This document shows, piece by piece, positions 26,980 to 36,730 of a DNA stretch of 64,000 bases. The translations under genes and the position numbers were made by a program. The stretch comes from Oscillospiraceae bacterium (GTDB taxonomy: Bacteria > Bacillota > Clostridia > Oscillospirales > Acutalibacteraceae), in NCBI GenBank assembly GCA_015065445.1, contig SVQF01000001.1, positions 37,199 through 101,198 on the forward strand, read 5' to 3'. The notes under the pieces are model-generated. The model did not search any database, was not told the origin of the DNA, and was given only the letters and a program-made list of their open reading frames with translations. Position 1 is the first letter of the stretch; every line of letters starts with the position of its first letter.

Positions 26980-27871
26980 CGAAATGTTAAACGGGTTAAT
27001 TGAAGAACAAGACGGCAGGAACATTAAAGTCCCCATAAAGGACATTTTGGATGAATGTATAGCATTTAATGAATGCAGCTATCCTATCGAAACAACTTTT
27101 CTCATTCGTCGGTTTTCTATAAGCGGTTTGAATTTAGGCTATTATACACCGGAAGACCTTCCGGTAATAGTTAACCGATTTTGTTCAAAAATCCGCTGCA
27201 TAAAATATGACTATAATATTGGAACCGACAATAGTGTTAAACACTATTCAATTAAGAACGGCACATTGTATTTGTCTGAAGAATTGGAGTCCATTAATCC
27301 TTACTTGTTTGAAATTTCAGCATTTGCAGCATTTTTTGAAGTCATATCTGATGCGGATGTATATCATGAACATGAAATCTTTAAAACTGTTCTTTCATAT
27401 ATGGCCGGTGAAAAATTCTTAAATATGGACAAGAATGATTCGCGAATAATAATGCCTAAAACTGAAGAAATTGTTTGTGGGCAATATAAGTATGAACTTA
27501 GAGCGGGATACACATTTTTCAACCTTCCAATTGTTTTAGTGAAGCAGTTGTTTATTGCACTACATAAAAACGAAAACATTCTTATTAGAAACTCACTGTT
27601 AGGAAACTTTACAAAAGACACGGTAGATGAATTGGTCAATGACAACAAACAAGTATCAATGTTGATATCTGTTGTTGATGTGATTACTCGCTCATACATT
27701 AATCAAGAATATGAAGAAGCAAACAAGTTGTTGTTTAAATATCAAAAAATAATCAACTTACTTTTCAAAAAGGTAGATCAAGATTATTTAGCCTTTTGTG
27801 CTCTTATTCTGACAGATGAGTGGAGAAGTTCCCTTATGAAAGCCATGGAAGAAAGACTAAACTCGCAATAA
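26969..27871 (+). CDS. Hypothetical protein, module C
   Basis: About 300 aa, overlapping the NTPase gene end. No motif was recognised. Confidence 0.5.
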   Translation: MMNSEMLNGLIEEQDGRNIKVPIKDILDECIAFNECSYPIETTFLIRRFSISGLNLGYYTPEDLPVIVNRFCSKIRCIKYDYNIGTDNSVKHYSIKNGTLYLSEELESINPYLFEISAFAAFFEVISDADVYHEHEIFKTVLSYMAGEKFLNMDKNDSRIIMPKTEEIVCGQYKYELRAGYTFFNLPIVLVKQLFIALHKNENILIRNSLLGNFTKDTVDELVNDNKQVSMLISVVDVITRSYINQEYEEANKLLFKYQKIINLLFKKVDQDYLAFCALILTDEWRSSLMKAMEERLNSQ

Positions 27872-27926
27872 AGGCGTTGATCGTTTAGATATAAATGTTT
27901 ACCCATAATTGTCTTATCTTAATATT

Positions 27927-27974
27927 ATCCGTTTCATAGGTCTCTTTGATATAGACAAATGAAACGGATTTTTG
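27927..27974 (+). terminator. Intrinsic terminator closing module C
   Basis: atccgtttcat / atgaaacggat form an 11-bp stem followed by TTTT. Confidence 0.65.
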
Positions 27975-28154
27975 CCAACAACTATAATTAAATAAAAACT
28001 GGAGAAAGTCAATTGCGATACGTATACAAGAACAAGGAAACTTGAATTGAACATAAAATGCAGCTCGTTAATTAACTGTATTATGAAGGTGTTTTGCTAT
28101 ATAAGCAATTATTATTATAAAATTCACATAAAGAGGAAAGGACAAGAAATATCT

Positions 28155-31052
28155 ATGGGACTAAACGAGATAATAAAAGTTACTGATGAAATTGTTATAA
28201 CACTTGCGAGTCCGTTAGCCGTTCCTTATTTAGACGAATTCATTGTTAATCTATTAGGACGAGATTACATGTTCAAATATCGTTACCGTTGCGCTCCAAG
28301 AAAAATAGAATTTGATGAATACTCGGGGAAAAAGCACATCCCCGATAAGGATCGTTATGGAGGCATGCATCTTCGCAATACAAAAACCTATGGCACAAGC
28401 CGTATGTCCGCGCTTGCAATTTTGGAACATTTAATAAATAACCGTCCTATAATAGTTTATGACAATAAATGGAACGGCGAGCGTAGCGTTAATGAAAAAG
28501 AAACGCACTTAGCTAATGAAAAGGCTAAGGCAATTGTTGATGAATTTGAACGCTGGATTTTTGAGAGTTTAAAGCGCAGAAATGAGATTAGAGAGGTTTT
28601 TTATAAAAAGTACAATATAACTGATAGATGCAGTTTTGATGGTTCTGCACTTGTTTTTCCCGAAATAGCAGAAGATTTTGAGTTAAGACCTTACCAAAAA
28701 GATGCAGTCGCAGCAATTCTTGAAAATGGCGAATCAATCGATTCAAGAAACAAGATTCTTTGTCATACTGTTGGAGCAGGAAAAACAGCAATTGTTATTG
28801 CAGCTTGCATGGAATTGAAACAGGCGCATATATCCGAAAAAAACCTTATCATTGTACCAAAAGACATACTGAATCAGTGGAGTACGATGTTTAAGAGCAT
28901 CTATCCTAACGCAAATGTGCTCGTAATTGCACCGAGTGATTTTACTCCGTCAAAGCGAAACAAAGTGCTTCAACAAATTCGAGATACAGATTCAGATGCA
29001 GTTATTATGTCAAAGAGCAGTTTTGATATGATCGCTCTTTCAAAACAGTTTCTCATTAATGAAACAGAACAAAAGATCAGAGATTTAAATAATAAGCAGG
29101 CAAAGATTATTGCAAGTGGCAAAAGGCCTTCGTCAAAACTGATGAAAGATCGAAGGAAGTTGTCAGATGTGCTTGTTAAAATCAGTGCGAAAGAGCAAAG
29201 CAATGCTATTTGTTTCGATGAACTTGGTATAACTAAGCTCTTTGTCGATGAGAGCCAAAGTTACAAAAACCTTCCTCTTGCCTCGTCACTTAAGGTAAAA
29301 GGTTTTTCAGGAGCCGGCAGTAAAAAGTGTGCTGATATGCTTAGAAAAGCAAGATGCGTACAAACAAACGGTGGAGGAGTTGTCTTTGCAACCGGAACTC
29401 CATTAAATAATTCATTAGCAGAATTGTTCGTATTACAGACATACCTTCAGCCTGAACTTCTTATTAAGACAGGCAACGAAGATTTTGATACCTGGGTTTC
29501 AAATTTCGCTGAAATAACAGAAGATCTTGAAATTGATGTGACTACAAGTAAATTTGTACCCACACGAAGATTGAGCAAGTTTAACAATTTAAAGCTTCTT
29601 ACAGAACAATTCTCGCAAGTTGCGATCTTCCATGACTATCAACTCGACAACTCTGAGCTGCCTGAATTTGATGGTTATGAGGACATAATAATTAAAAAAA
29701 CAAAAGCTCTTGCAAGATATCTTGAATATATTAGCGAGCGTGCAACCAAAGTAAAGGCAGGTGAGGTGCCAAGAAGCACGGATAATATGCTTAAAATCAC
29801 CACGGATGGACGAAAGGCTGCACTTGATATTCGTCTAGCGAGTCCATTTGGCACATTTCATATTGAATCTAAGGCATATTACTGCGCAAGTAAGGTAGCT
29901 GAAATCTATTATGAAACAAAGAAAGACAAACTTACACAAGTTGTTTTCTGTGATCTTGGAACACCTAAAACAACATTCAATATGTATGATGAACTCAAAC
30001 GGTTGCTTGCCAATGAGGGTGTCATTGAAGAAGAAATAGCATTCATCCATGATTACACTACGGATGCCAAGAAAAAGAAACTCTTTGAGGATATCAACTC
30101 TGGCAAAATCCGTATAGTAATCGGTAGCTCTTCTAAACTCGGCACTGGAGTTAACATTCAAAGCCGGTTGGTAGCCGCACATCACCTCGATGTTCCGTGG
30201 CGTCCGTCAGACCTTATTCAACGTGAAGGTAGGATTATAAGACAGGGAAACATAAATAAGAAGGTTAGAATCTTTAGGTACATAACAGAGGGCAGCTTCG
30301 ATGCTTATTCTTGGCAAATCATTGAGGCAAAAGCAAGATTTATAGCCGAATTCACGTCAGGTCAAAATGATATTAACACCGCTAGTGATATTGACGAAAC
30401 TGTATTGAGCTATGCAGAGGTCAAAGCTCTTGCTATAGGAAATCCTTTGATTAAGACAAGAGTTGAAAAGCAGAACGAACTCAATCGTCTTCTTATGTTG
30501 CGTGCTAAAGAAAGAGAAGAAATAGCCGTACTCAAGGACAATCTTCGTCAAATGGAGGAATCATACAAACAGATATCAGAAAAAAAGTCTCGCTTAACTA
30601 GTGACTATAGCATCGTAAAAGAAAACCCTCGTCCAAAAAAGGCTTCGCCTGAAAGAAACGAGTTGAAGAACACTCTGTTTGAAGCTGTAGGAACATATAT
30701 TGCTCAACCGGAAGCAAGAGTCGCTACTTCGTACAGAGGATTTGATTTAGTCCTTCCTTCCAACAGACAAGAAGGCGAAACGCCTTATATTATAGTCTCT
30801 GGAAAAGAGCAATATAATGTTGAAATCGGTGAAAGCCATAAAGGCGTTCTGGTAAGAATTGACAATGCTATTGATGGTATAGGTGACACACTTAACAAAC
30901 TTCAGAATCGAAAGAATTCTCTAACTAACGAGATAAGAGAAGCAAGATTATCTATAAATGCCTATGAAGAAGATAAGTTCAATATTGAAATAGACAAGCT
31001 CAGACTTATTATTAGCGAGATAGATGAGCAAATAAAGAATAATTCAAATTAA
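28155..31052 (+). CDS. SNF2/DEAD-like superfamily 2 helicase of the ICE methylase-helicase family, without a methyltransferase domain
   Basis: RPYQKDAV, motif I HTVGAGKT, motif II DESQSYKN and motif VI QREGRIIRQGN. The C-terminus is coiled-coil. ATG 28155 follows AGAGGAAAGG. Confidence 0.85.
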   Translation: MGLNEIIKVTDEIVITLASPLAVPYLDEFIVNLLGRDYMFKYRYRCAPRKIEFDEYSGKKHIPDKDRYGGMHLRNTKTYGTSRMSALAILEHLINNRPIIVYDNKWNGERSVNEKETHLANEKAKAIVDEFERWIFESLKRRNEIREVFYKKYNITDRCSFDGSALVFPEIAEDFELRPYQKDAVAAILENGESIDSRNKILCHTVGAGKTAIVIAACMELKQAHISEKNLIIVPKDILNQWSTMFKSIYPNANVLVIAPSDFTPSKRNKVLQQIRDTDSDAVIMSKSSFDMIALSKQFLINETEQKIRDLNNKQAKIIASGKRPSSKLMKDRRKLSDVLVKISAKEQSNAICFDELGITKLFVDESQSYKNLPLASSLKVKGFSGAGSKKCADMLRKARCVQTNGGGVVFATGTPLNNSLAELFVLQTYLQPELLIKTGNEDFDTWVSNFAEITEDLEIDVTTSKFVPTRRLSKFNNLKLLTEQFSQVAIFHDYQLDNSELPEFDGYEDIIIKKTKALARYLEYISERATKVKAGEVPRSTDNMLKITTDGRKAALDIRLASPFGTFHIESKAYYCASKVAEIYYETKKDKLTQVVFCDLGTPKTTFNMYDELKRLLANEGVIEEEIAFIHDYTTDAKKKKLFEDINSGKIRIVIGSSSKLGTGVNIQSRLVAAHHLDVPWRPSDLIQREGRIIRQGNINKKVRIFRYITEGSFDAYSWQIIEAKARFIAEFTSGQNDINTASDIDETVLSYAEVKALAIGNPLIKTRVEKQNELNRLLMLRAKEREEIAVLKDNLRQMEESYKQISEKKSRLTSDYSIVKENPRPKKASPERNELKNTLFEAVGTYIAQPEARVATSYRGFDLVLPSNRQEGETPYIIVSGKEQYNVEIGESHKGVLVRIDNAIDGIGDTLNKLQNRKNSLTNEIREARLSINAYEEDKFNIEIDKLRLIISEIDEQIKNNSN

Positions 31053-31177
31053 CAAAAGGCTGTTAGAGAATTATACTCGCTAACAGCCAATAAGACGGTC
31101 AAATTAAAAATGACTTTACACAGTTTTCTATGAATCATTTATATTACTGAATATAGTTTCTACTGATAGGAGTAATT

Positions 31178-32146
31178 ATGAAGTACCCAAGACTTGTCAA
31201 TGGTTTATCATATAAGAAGAACTATGACGGAACAGTTATAGTTAAAGATAATCGGATTGACGAATCATATCTTTTTGAAGAAGAGTCTGTTCGTATATTA
31301 CAGCATCTTGACGGTAAGACAGATCCATATAATGGAATTGAAACATACTATACTCCTAGCGAGATCGGTTTATTGATTGAATTCTTAATTGAAGAAGAGT
31401 TGATTGAGTACAGCAGGATTACTGCTTCCAATGGAAATATTTTGATTCGTTTGTTTAATATTAAAGTCAGTATGAAAAAAAGGATAATTTCGTTTGTCTT
31501 AAATGTCATTTTGATGAACTCATTCTTGCCAATTTTTATTTACGGGTTATGTATGTTCCTGCCTCGCTATAACGAATTAGAGTTTAGATTTCCATTGTTT
31601 TTTGTTGGTGCTATTATTGGGGTGTTACTTGGAGCACCATGTCATGAATTTGGACACTTAGTAGCAGCATTGGGGTTAGGTGGGAAGGCTTTTTCAATGG
31701 GAATACTGCTTGGAATAACACCCGGAATGTATGTTGAAATTAACGAAAAATGCATTAAAAGTACTTTGAGAAAGGTGCAAGTCCTTCTGGCAGGGATAGA
31801 AGTGAATTTGTTGCTTGCAGGTTTGTTTTTTATCATTTCTACATTGTTTTCTTCTTCTCTATTTTATGGTATTGCATTTAACAATCTATTGCTTGCAGTT
31901 GTAAATTTACTTTTTATTGATGGTTTGGATGGATACCAAGCGATGCAAATTCTACTTGGTGCTAACGAGCTAAATGAAAAAGCCAAAAGGCTACGAAATG
32001 AAACAGCTAAGAATGAACTATTATCTGAAGGTATACTAGGTTACATCAAATTCATTCTTTTTAGGATTATTAGATATAACCAACTTGCTTACCCGGTTTT
32101 GATTTTGATAAATATAGGTGGTGGATTATTTTGGATAATAAACTAA
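31178..32146 (+). CDS. Polytopic membrane metalloprotease (M50/site-2-protease-like, HExxH in a TM helix)
   Basis: HEFGH lies within a hydrophobic segment, and there are about six TM helices. Confidence 0.55.
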   Translation: MKYPRLVNGLSYKKNYDGTVIVKDNRIDESYLFEEESVRILQHLDGKTDPYNGIETYYTPSEIGLLIEFLIEEELIEYSRITASNGNILIRLFNIKVSMKKRIISFVLNVILMNSFLPIFIYGLCMFLPRYNELEFRFPLFFVGAIIGVLLGAPCHEFGHLVAALGLGGKAFSMGILLGITPGMYVEINEKCIKSTLRKVQVLLAGIEVNLLLAGLFFIISTLFSSSLFYGIAFNNLLLAVVNLLFIDGLDGYQAMQILLGANELNEKAKRLRNETAKNELLSEGILGYIKFILFRIIRYNQLAYPVLILINIGGGLFWIIN

Positions 32147-32490
32147 TTCAACTGAGCTTATTCTGTATTCCACTGGTCATTTCAATAATATCAGCTAAAG
32201 CATGCTTTTATTACCTTGTTCCAGTGATTATTATTCTGATTTTTGTTTTGGTGTCTGTTCTACCAATTTGTTTTCTTCACGAAAATATGTTTATTTTTGT
32301 TGTGTCAACAATTATTTTACAACCAGTAAATCTGTCTGTAATAAAAAACATTCTCGCTATATGTGGTGACGAATATGAGATTATTGGATTAATCTATTCT
32401 TTAATGCTATTATTTTGTATTTCTTGTGCTGAAAATATAGTTTTAGGAATTTGCGCAAGATTGATTTGGAAAGAACAGAACGAATTATAA
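32131..32490 (+). CDS. Small polytopic membrane protein
   Basis: Hydrophobic 119-aa ORF. TTG start after GGTGGTGGA. Confidence 0.4.
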   Translation: MDNKLIQLSLFCIPLVISIISAKACFYYLVPVIIILIFVLVSVLPICFLHENMFIFVVSTIILQPVNLSVIKNILAICGDEYEIIGLIYSLMLLFCISCAENIVLGICARLIWKEQNEL

Positions 32491-32506
32491 ATTGTTGAGG
32501 GAGAAA

Positions 32507-33082
32507 ATGAAAGATATACAAATAAAACAAAAAGATATTGCGTTTCTGATTGGGGCAATTACACTGGTGCTATTTATCATAACAACTATATTTAAAATAA
32601 ATCTTTCGTCTTATTATAGAGAGTTAAGCAATGAATACTTTAGGTCAAATCTTCTAGTCGTCAGTATAATATTTTTAGTATTATCATTTCAAGAAACTAA
32701 AGCTAATCATAAACTCTATAAAATGCTGTGTTTGACGCTACCCACAATTTTGTATACAAATCAATTTATGATTCTGTTGACTGATAATAACTGGAAAACA
32801 AATATGGATTTGTTTTGCGTGGCAAATATGTTCAGCATCATTGGAGCGTCATTTATGCTAGCGAGCATTATAAACAAAAGATTTTATGGTATTTATAAAA
32901 GTATTAATTGCGATGCTTTTTCAATTATTCTATTCTTAATTTCAGTCTCGATTGGCATTTGCTATGATTTCCACAGAATGATTCATTTGATAATACTTAA
33001 CATGATATATGTGTTTCTAAGTTGCTTAAACATCCTATCATCTAAAGACAAACAGACAAAACAGGAGAGAAAAAATGAATAG
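32507..33082 (+). CDS. Polytopic membrane protein
   Basis: About 190 aa with about five TM helices. ATG follows GAGGGAG. Confidence 0.5.
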   Translation: MKDIQIKQKDIAFLIGAITLVLFIITTIFKINLSSYYRELSNEYFRSNLLVVSIIFLVLSFQETKANHKLYKMLCLTLPTILYTNQFMILLTDNNWKTNMDLFCVANMFSIIGASFMLASIINKRFYGIYKSINCDAFSIILFLISVSIGICYDFHRMIHLIILNMIYVFLSCLNILSSKDKQTKQERKNE

Positions 33083-33641
33083 TAGAATTATAAGAGTTTT
33101 GTCCCTAATATCGTCTATCATATCAATGTCTTTAGTCGTTTATTTTATTATAAAGTATGCGCCGGATTTGATTTATTTAACTAGACCATGTGCTTTTCTT
33201 GTAATACTGGAGATAGTTCACATGATTTGTATATGTGCTTTATTTATTACACTTGCATTAAAACCCAAAACCAATAAAACATCCAATGCTTTATTGATGG
33301 TTATTATGCTTTTGACAATTTGTTGTCTATGTGCTCAAGGTATGCAGCTTGATTACCTTTTTAACTCATGGTTTTGGGATGCTTACAGCATATCTATCAT
33401 TGATTTAGCAGCATATTTTATTGTTTTATTTTACAATGTATATTTTGAAAAAAAGCATTATGAATTCCAAACAATTTTATGTATAGTATTTGTTACGGTA
33501 ACTGTTATATATCAGGATATAGGGTTGCATCGTTTTGGAATATACATTAATTCAATGATCGTTATTCTTCCTCTGATAACTCTCTTAGTTGATTTTGGCT
33601 TGTTTTCTAATACACCTCAAAAATGCAGAAAAACTGTTTAA
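33075..33641 (+). CDS. Polytopic membrane protein
   Basis: 188 aa with about five TM helices. It overlaps the previous gene. Confidence 0.5.
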   Translation: MNSRIIRVLSLISSIISMSLVVYFIIKYAPDLIYLTRPCAFLVILEIVHMICICALFITLALKPKTNKTSNALLMVIMLLTICCLCAQGMQLDYLFNSWFWDAYSISIIDLAAYFIVLFYNVYFEKKHYEFQTILCIVFVTVTVIYQDIGLHRFGIYINSMIVILPLITLLVDFGLFSNTPQKCRKTV

Positions 33642-33754
33642 AATAGAAAAAACAATATGTTTGTTTGGGATTTTTGCAATTCTTTTTCTGAAAGATAAGG
33701 GCAAAATACTATGATTATCAATAGCAAACAATTAGAAGAATAAGGAGAATAACT

Positions 33755-34459
33755 ATGGTACATATAACAGGAGATATACACGGAGAGCTATGGCGCTTCT
33801 GCGAAGAATGTATGCCCGGTGAATCATCTTGGACCGAAAACGATATTTTAATCATCTGTGGAGATTTTGGGTTTATTTGGTATGAGAAATCAGATAATGT
33901 AGGCTACCGTTCTAATGAAAGAGCACTAAACACACTTGCTGAAAAGCCATATACAATCCTTTGGGTTGATGGTAATCATGAGAACTTTAACCGAATATAT
34001 TCATATCCGGAAAACACTAAATACGGCAACAAGGTTCACAGAATAAGAGATAATATTTATCACCTTGAAAGAGGACGCATTTATACCATAGAAGGAAAAA
34101 GATATTTTACCTTTGGCGGTGCTTATAGCATTGACCGTTATATGCGTCAAAAAGATATAAGCTATTGGGAACAGGAGATTCCTTGTAACAGGGAGTACAA
34201 TCAAGCGAGTAAGGAATTAAAACAAGTAAATTATAAAGTGGATTATGTTATTACTCATACCTGTCCCTCGGAAATAATCAAACTTATGGGTTATTATCCC
34301 GATGTTCACGATGCTGAATTATGTGGATTCTTTGATTTCGTTATGTATGAAGTCAGCTTTACAAAATGGTTTTTCGGTCATTGGCACACAGAAGAAAAAA
34401 TCGTCTTGCCAAACGGAAAAGAACTTCGTGCAATTTTTAATGAAATTGAAACTATATAA
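33755..34459 (+). CDS. Calcineurin-like metallophosphoesterase
   Basis: GDIHG, GDFG, GNHEN, and HTCP..GHWH motifs, in that order. Confidence 0.8.
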   Translation: MVHITGDIHGELWRFCEECMPGESSWTENDILIICGDFGFIWYEKSDNVGYRSNERALNTLAEKPYTILWVDGNHENFNRIYSYPENTKYGNKVHRIRDNIYHLERGRIYTIEGKRYFTFGGAYSIDRYMRQKDISYWEQEIPCNREYNQASKELKQVNYKVDYVITHTCPSEIIKLMGYYPDVHDAELCGFFDFVMYEVSFTKWFFGHWHTEEKIVLPNGKELRAIFNEIETI

Positions 34460-34473
34460 AGGAGAAACATAAA

Positions 34474-34941
34474 ATGAGTGACAAAAGGGAAAACAAAAGA
34501 AATAATGATAAACGCACATATTATTCTTTTTATATTTTTGCGATAATATCTATACTAATTAATCTCTTATACTTTATTTTTTATGCGGAGCTAAGTATAA
34601 AATACATACCGAGTATTATTCTTTGCGTTGCTGATATTTTTCTTCTTTACAATGTTGTTATAGCTTGTAGTGATTTTAGCCTATTAAGATTGATATTATT
34701 TAGTGTTTTCTTTTCTTACCCACCAATTGCCTTATATAGCATTATTTGCCAGCCTTTTCCATATGCTTTGATGTGTTTTATTGCTCTACTACTTTTATCT
34801 TTATCTGCCTTTATCGAGCAATATAAGTACGAATTGAGAAGAAATGGCTTTATTATTAAAGAGTTTATAATCATAGAAACAGTTGGTGTAACAGCTTCAG
34901 CTTTAACAATAATCGGTATGATAATAAATCTGTTAGATTAG
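34474..34941 (+). CDS. Polytopic membrane protein
   Basis: 155 aa with four hydrophobic helices. Confidence 0.5.
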   Translation: MSDKRENKRNNDKRTYYSFYIFAIISILINLLYFIFYAELSIKYIPSIILCVADIFLLYNVVIACSDFSLLRLILFSVFFSYPPIALYSIICQPFPYALMCFIALLLLSLSAFIEQYKYELRRNGFIIKEFIIIETVGVTASALTIIGMIINLLD

Positions 34942-34969
34942 GTATTATTAGCGACAAGGAGACTACTCT

Positions 34970-36661
34970 ATGGAAAAACAATTTATTATTGCTAACGGAT
35001 ATACTTGTGAAGAGGACGTTAGAATCACTGACATTGTTTCCGGACAAGCAATATTAACTTCTGACAAAATAAAAAAGTTTAAGTCGGTAACTCATTGTGG
35101 AAATAGTATATCATTTACAAAGAAAGTTGTAGTATGTCCTTATTGTGGATACAAATCGGCAATAAAGAATTTAAACAATAAGAACAAATCGTTCTTTAAT
35201 GACTGGTGCTCTCCTCAAACCTCATTGTTTATAAAGGACAAGGAGACAATAGAGTTTAATACAGTAAAAGTTCCTTTTGAATATGAATGTAAACATTGTC
35301 ATAAAGTGTCAAAAGTCGCCACGAAAGAGTATATTGTTTTAATTAATAGTAATGATAATATAATTACTGTTTCCATTGAAATAAAGGATATCGCAGATTT
35401 AATTAATGCAATGTGGGCAGATCTTGACAATGTAGATATCTTGGAATTATTAGAGAATGCACCATTATTCCAGAAAATTGCGTTTGATTTTAACAACGGA
35501 GAATCTACGATTTTTATTGAGGACAGTAAAAAAAGAAAAGTTTCCGTGATTGATGTTAACAAAGAAATCTTTAAGTTGTACAACAAATGTGTACTCTTTT
35601 CTATGGTTGAAAACAACACCAAAACAAGAAGAGCTGTAAAAAAAGAGGTAGAAAAAATATGGGGCACCTCCTTGCCTTTCTCTGAAAATGAACTAAGTGT
35701 AGAAAGAATTGTTCAAATGTCCCAGTTCATCGGTTATTCAAGAAGTTTTTATTCAAACCTTCCATATTATGTCGGCACCATGAAAATTATGGATGTGTAC
35801 AAGCCTATTGCATATGAGTTACATAATTGTGATAACGCTGTTAAGCTATATGAAAAATCAAGGTTGCCAAATATAAAAAGTTTGAAGAAGTTCATTTTTG
35901 AACAATCGTCATCGGGCATATTCTTCTTTTTTAACGAAATAAAAATGCTGTTAAATATATTTGAAAATGATACCAACATTCTGCTTTCAATACTTAATGA
36001 CGACAATAGTGACATAATTCTTCCAAGACTGAAAGCGTTTCCAAAAGCAATGAAATTCTTTAAAGATTATACTAAATGTGTTACAAAGAGAAGCGTTGCA
36101 AAAGAGCTTTCTCAAGACCCAATTAAAGTATTCCAATACGCACTCCATTATATAGCTATGGCAAAGGAATTCCAAGTTCAACAGCAAAACTACTGGAAAG
36201 TACCTAAGAAGGAAAACCGGCGAGATTTTTTCTTTTCAATTACTGACTATAAGCCATATTACATTGAAGGACGCAACTACGATAGTATCGGTGAAAGAAT
36301 GGTTCAGTTTAGCATTGCACCTCAAGTTCCCAAGCCTCTTAACTCTGTTAAGTACCATGTGGAAATTGAAGGATATTTATTTAAAGCGTTAGAGAATAAA
36401 AACGACTATTTGCGTGCGTCAAACGAACTTAACAACTGCCTTTCTGACTACAATGCTTCATGCAGTCCAGTATATGTCTGCATAAGAATATCTGATGGAA
36501 AATATATGGCAGCGATTGAAATTGATGAAAATTCATTAGTTGTAAAACAAGCACTGGGATATGGTAATTGCAGCATAAAAAGAGATAGCAAGTCATATAA
36601 AGCTTTTCTGAAATTTGTGGAAAAGTATGATCTTAGTTTATTCGATTCGGCGACATACTAA
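34970..36661 (+). CDS. PcfJ-like protein with N-terminal zinc ribbons
   Basis: CPYCG / CKHCH pairs at the N-terminus. The C-terminal SNELNNCLSDY...ALGYGNC resembles the PcfJ domain of conjugative plasmids. Confidence 0.5.
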   Translation: MEKQFIIANGYTCEEDVRITDIVSGQAILTSDKIKKFKSVTHCGNSISFTKKVVVCPYCGYKSAIKNLNNKNKSFFNDWCSPQTSLFIKDKETIEFNTVKVPFEYECKHCHKVSKVATKEYIVLINSNDNIITVSIEIKDIADLINAMWADLDNVDILELLENAPLFQKIAFDFNNGESTIFIEDSKKRKVSVIDVNKEIFKLYNKCVLFSMVENNTKTRRAVKKEVEKIWGTSLPFSENELSVERIVQMSQFIGYSRSFYSNLPYYVGTMKIMDVYKPIAYELHNCDNAVKLYEKSRLPNIKSLKKFIFEQSSSGIFFFFNEIKMLLNIFENDTNILLSILNDDNSDIILPRLKAFPKAMKFFKDYTKCVTKRSVAKELSQDPIKVFQYALHYIAMAKEFQVQQQNYWKVPKKENRRDFFFSITDYKPYYIEGRNYDSIGERMVQFSIAPQVPKPLNSVKYHVEIEGYLFKALENKNDYLRASNELNNCLSDYNASCSPVYVCIRISDGKYMAAIEIDENSLVVKQALGYGNCSIKRDSKSYKAFLKFVEKYDLSLFDSATY

Positions 36662-36730
36662 TGTTGAGAATAATAAACTGTAGTTTCATACTCAACGAAA
36701 AGTCTTAACTTAAGAAGGAAGGAGCAAAAA

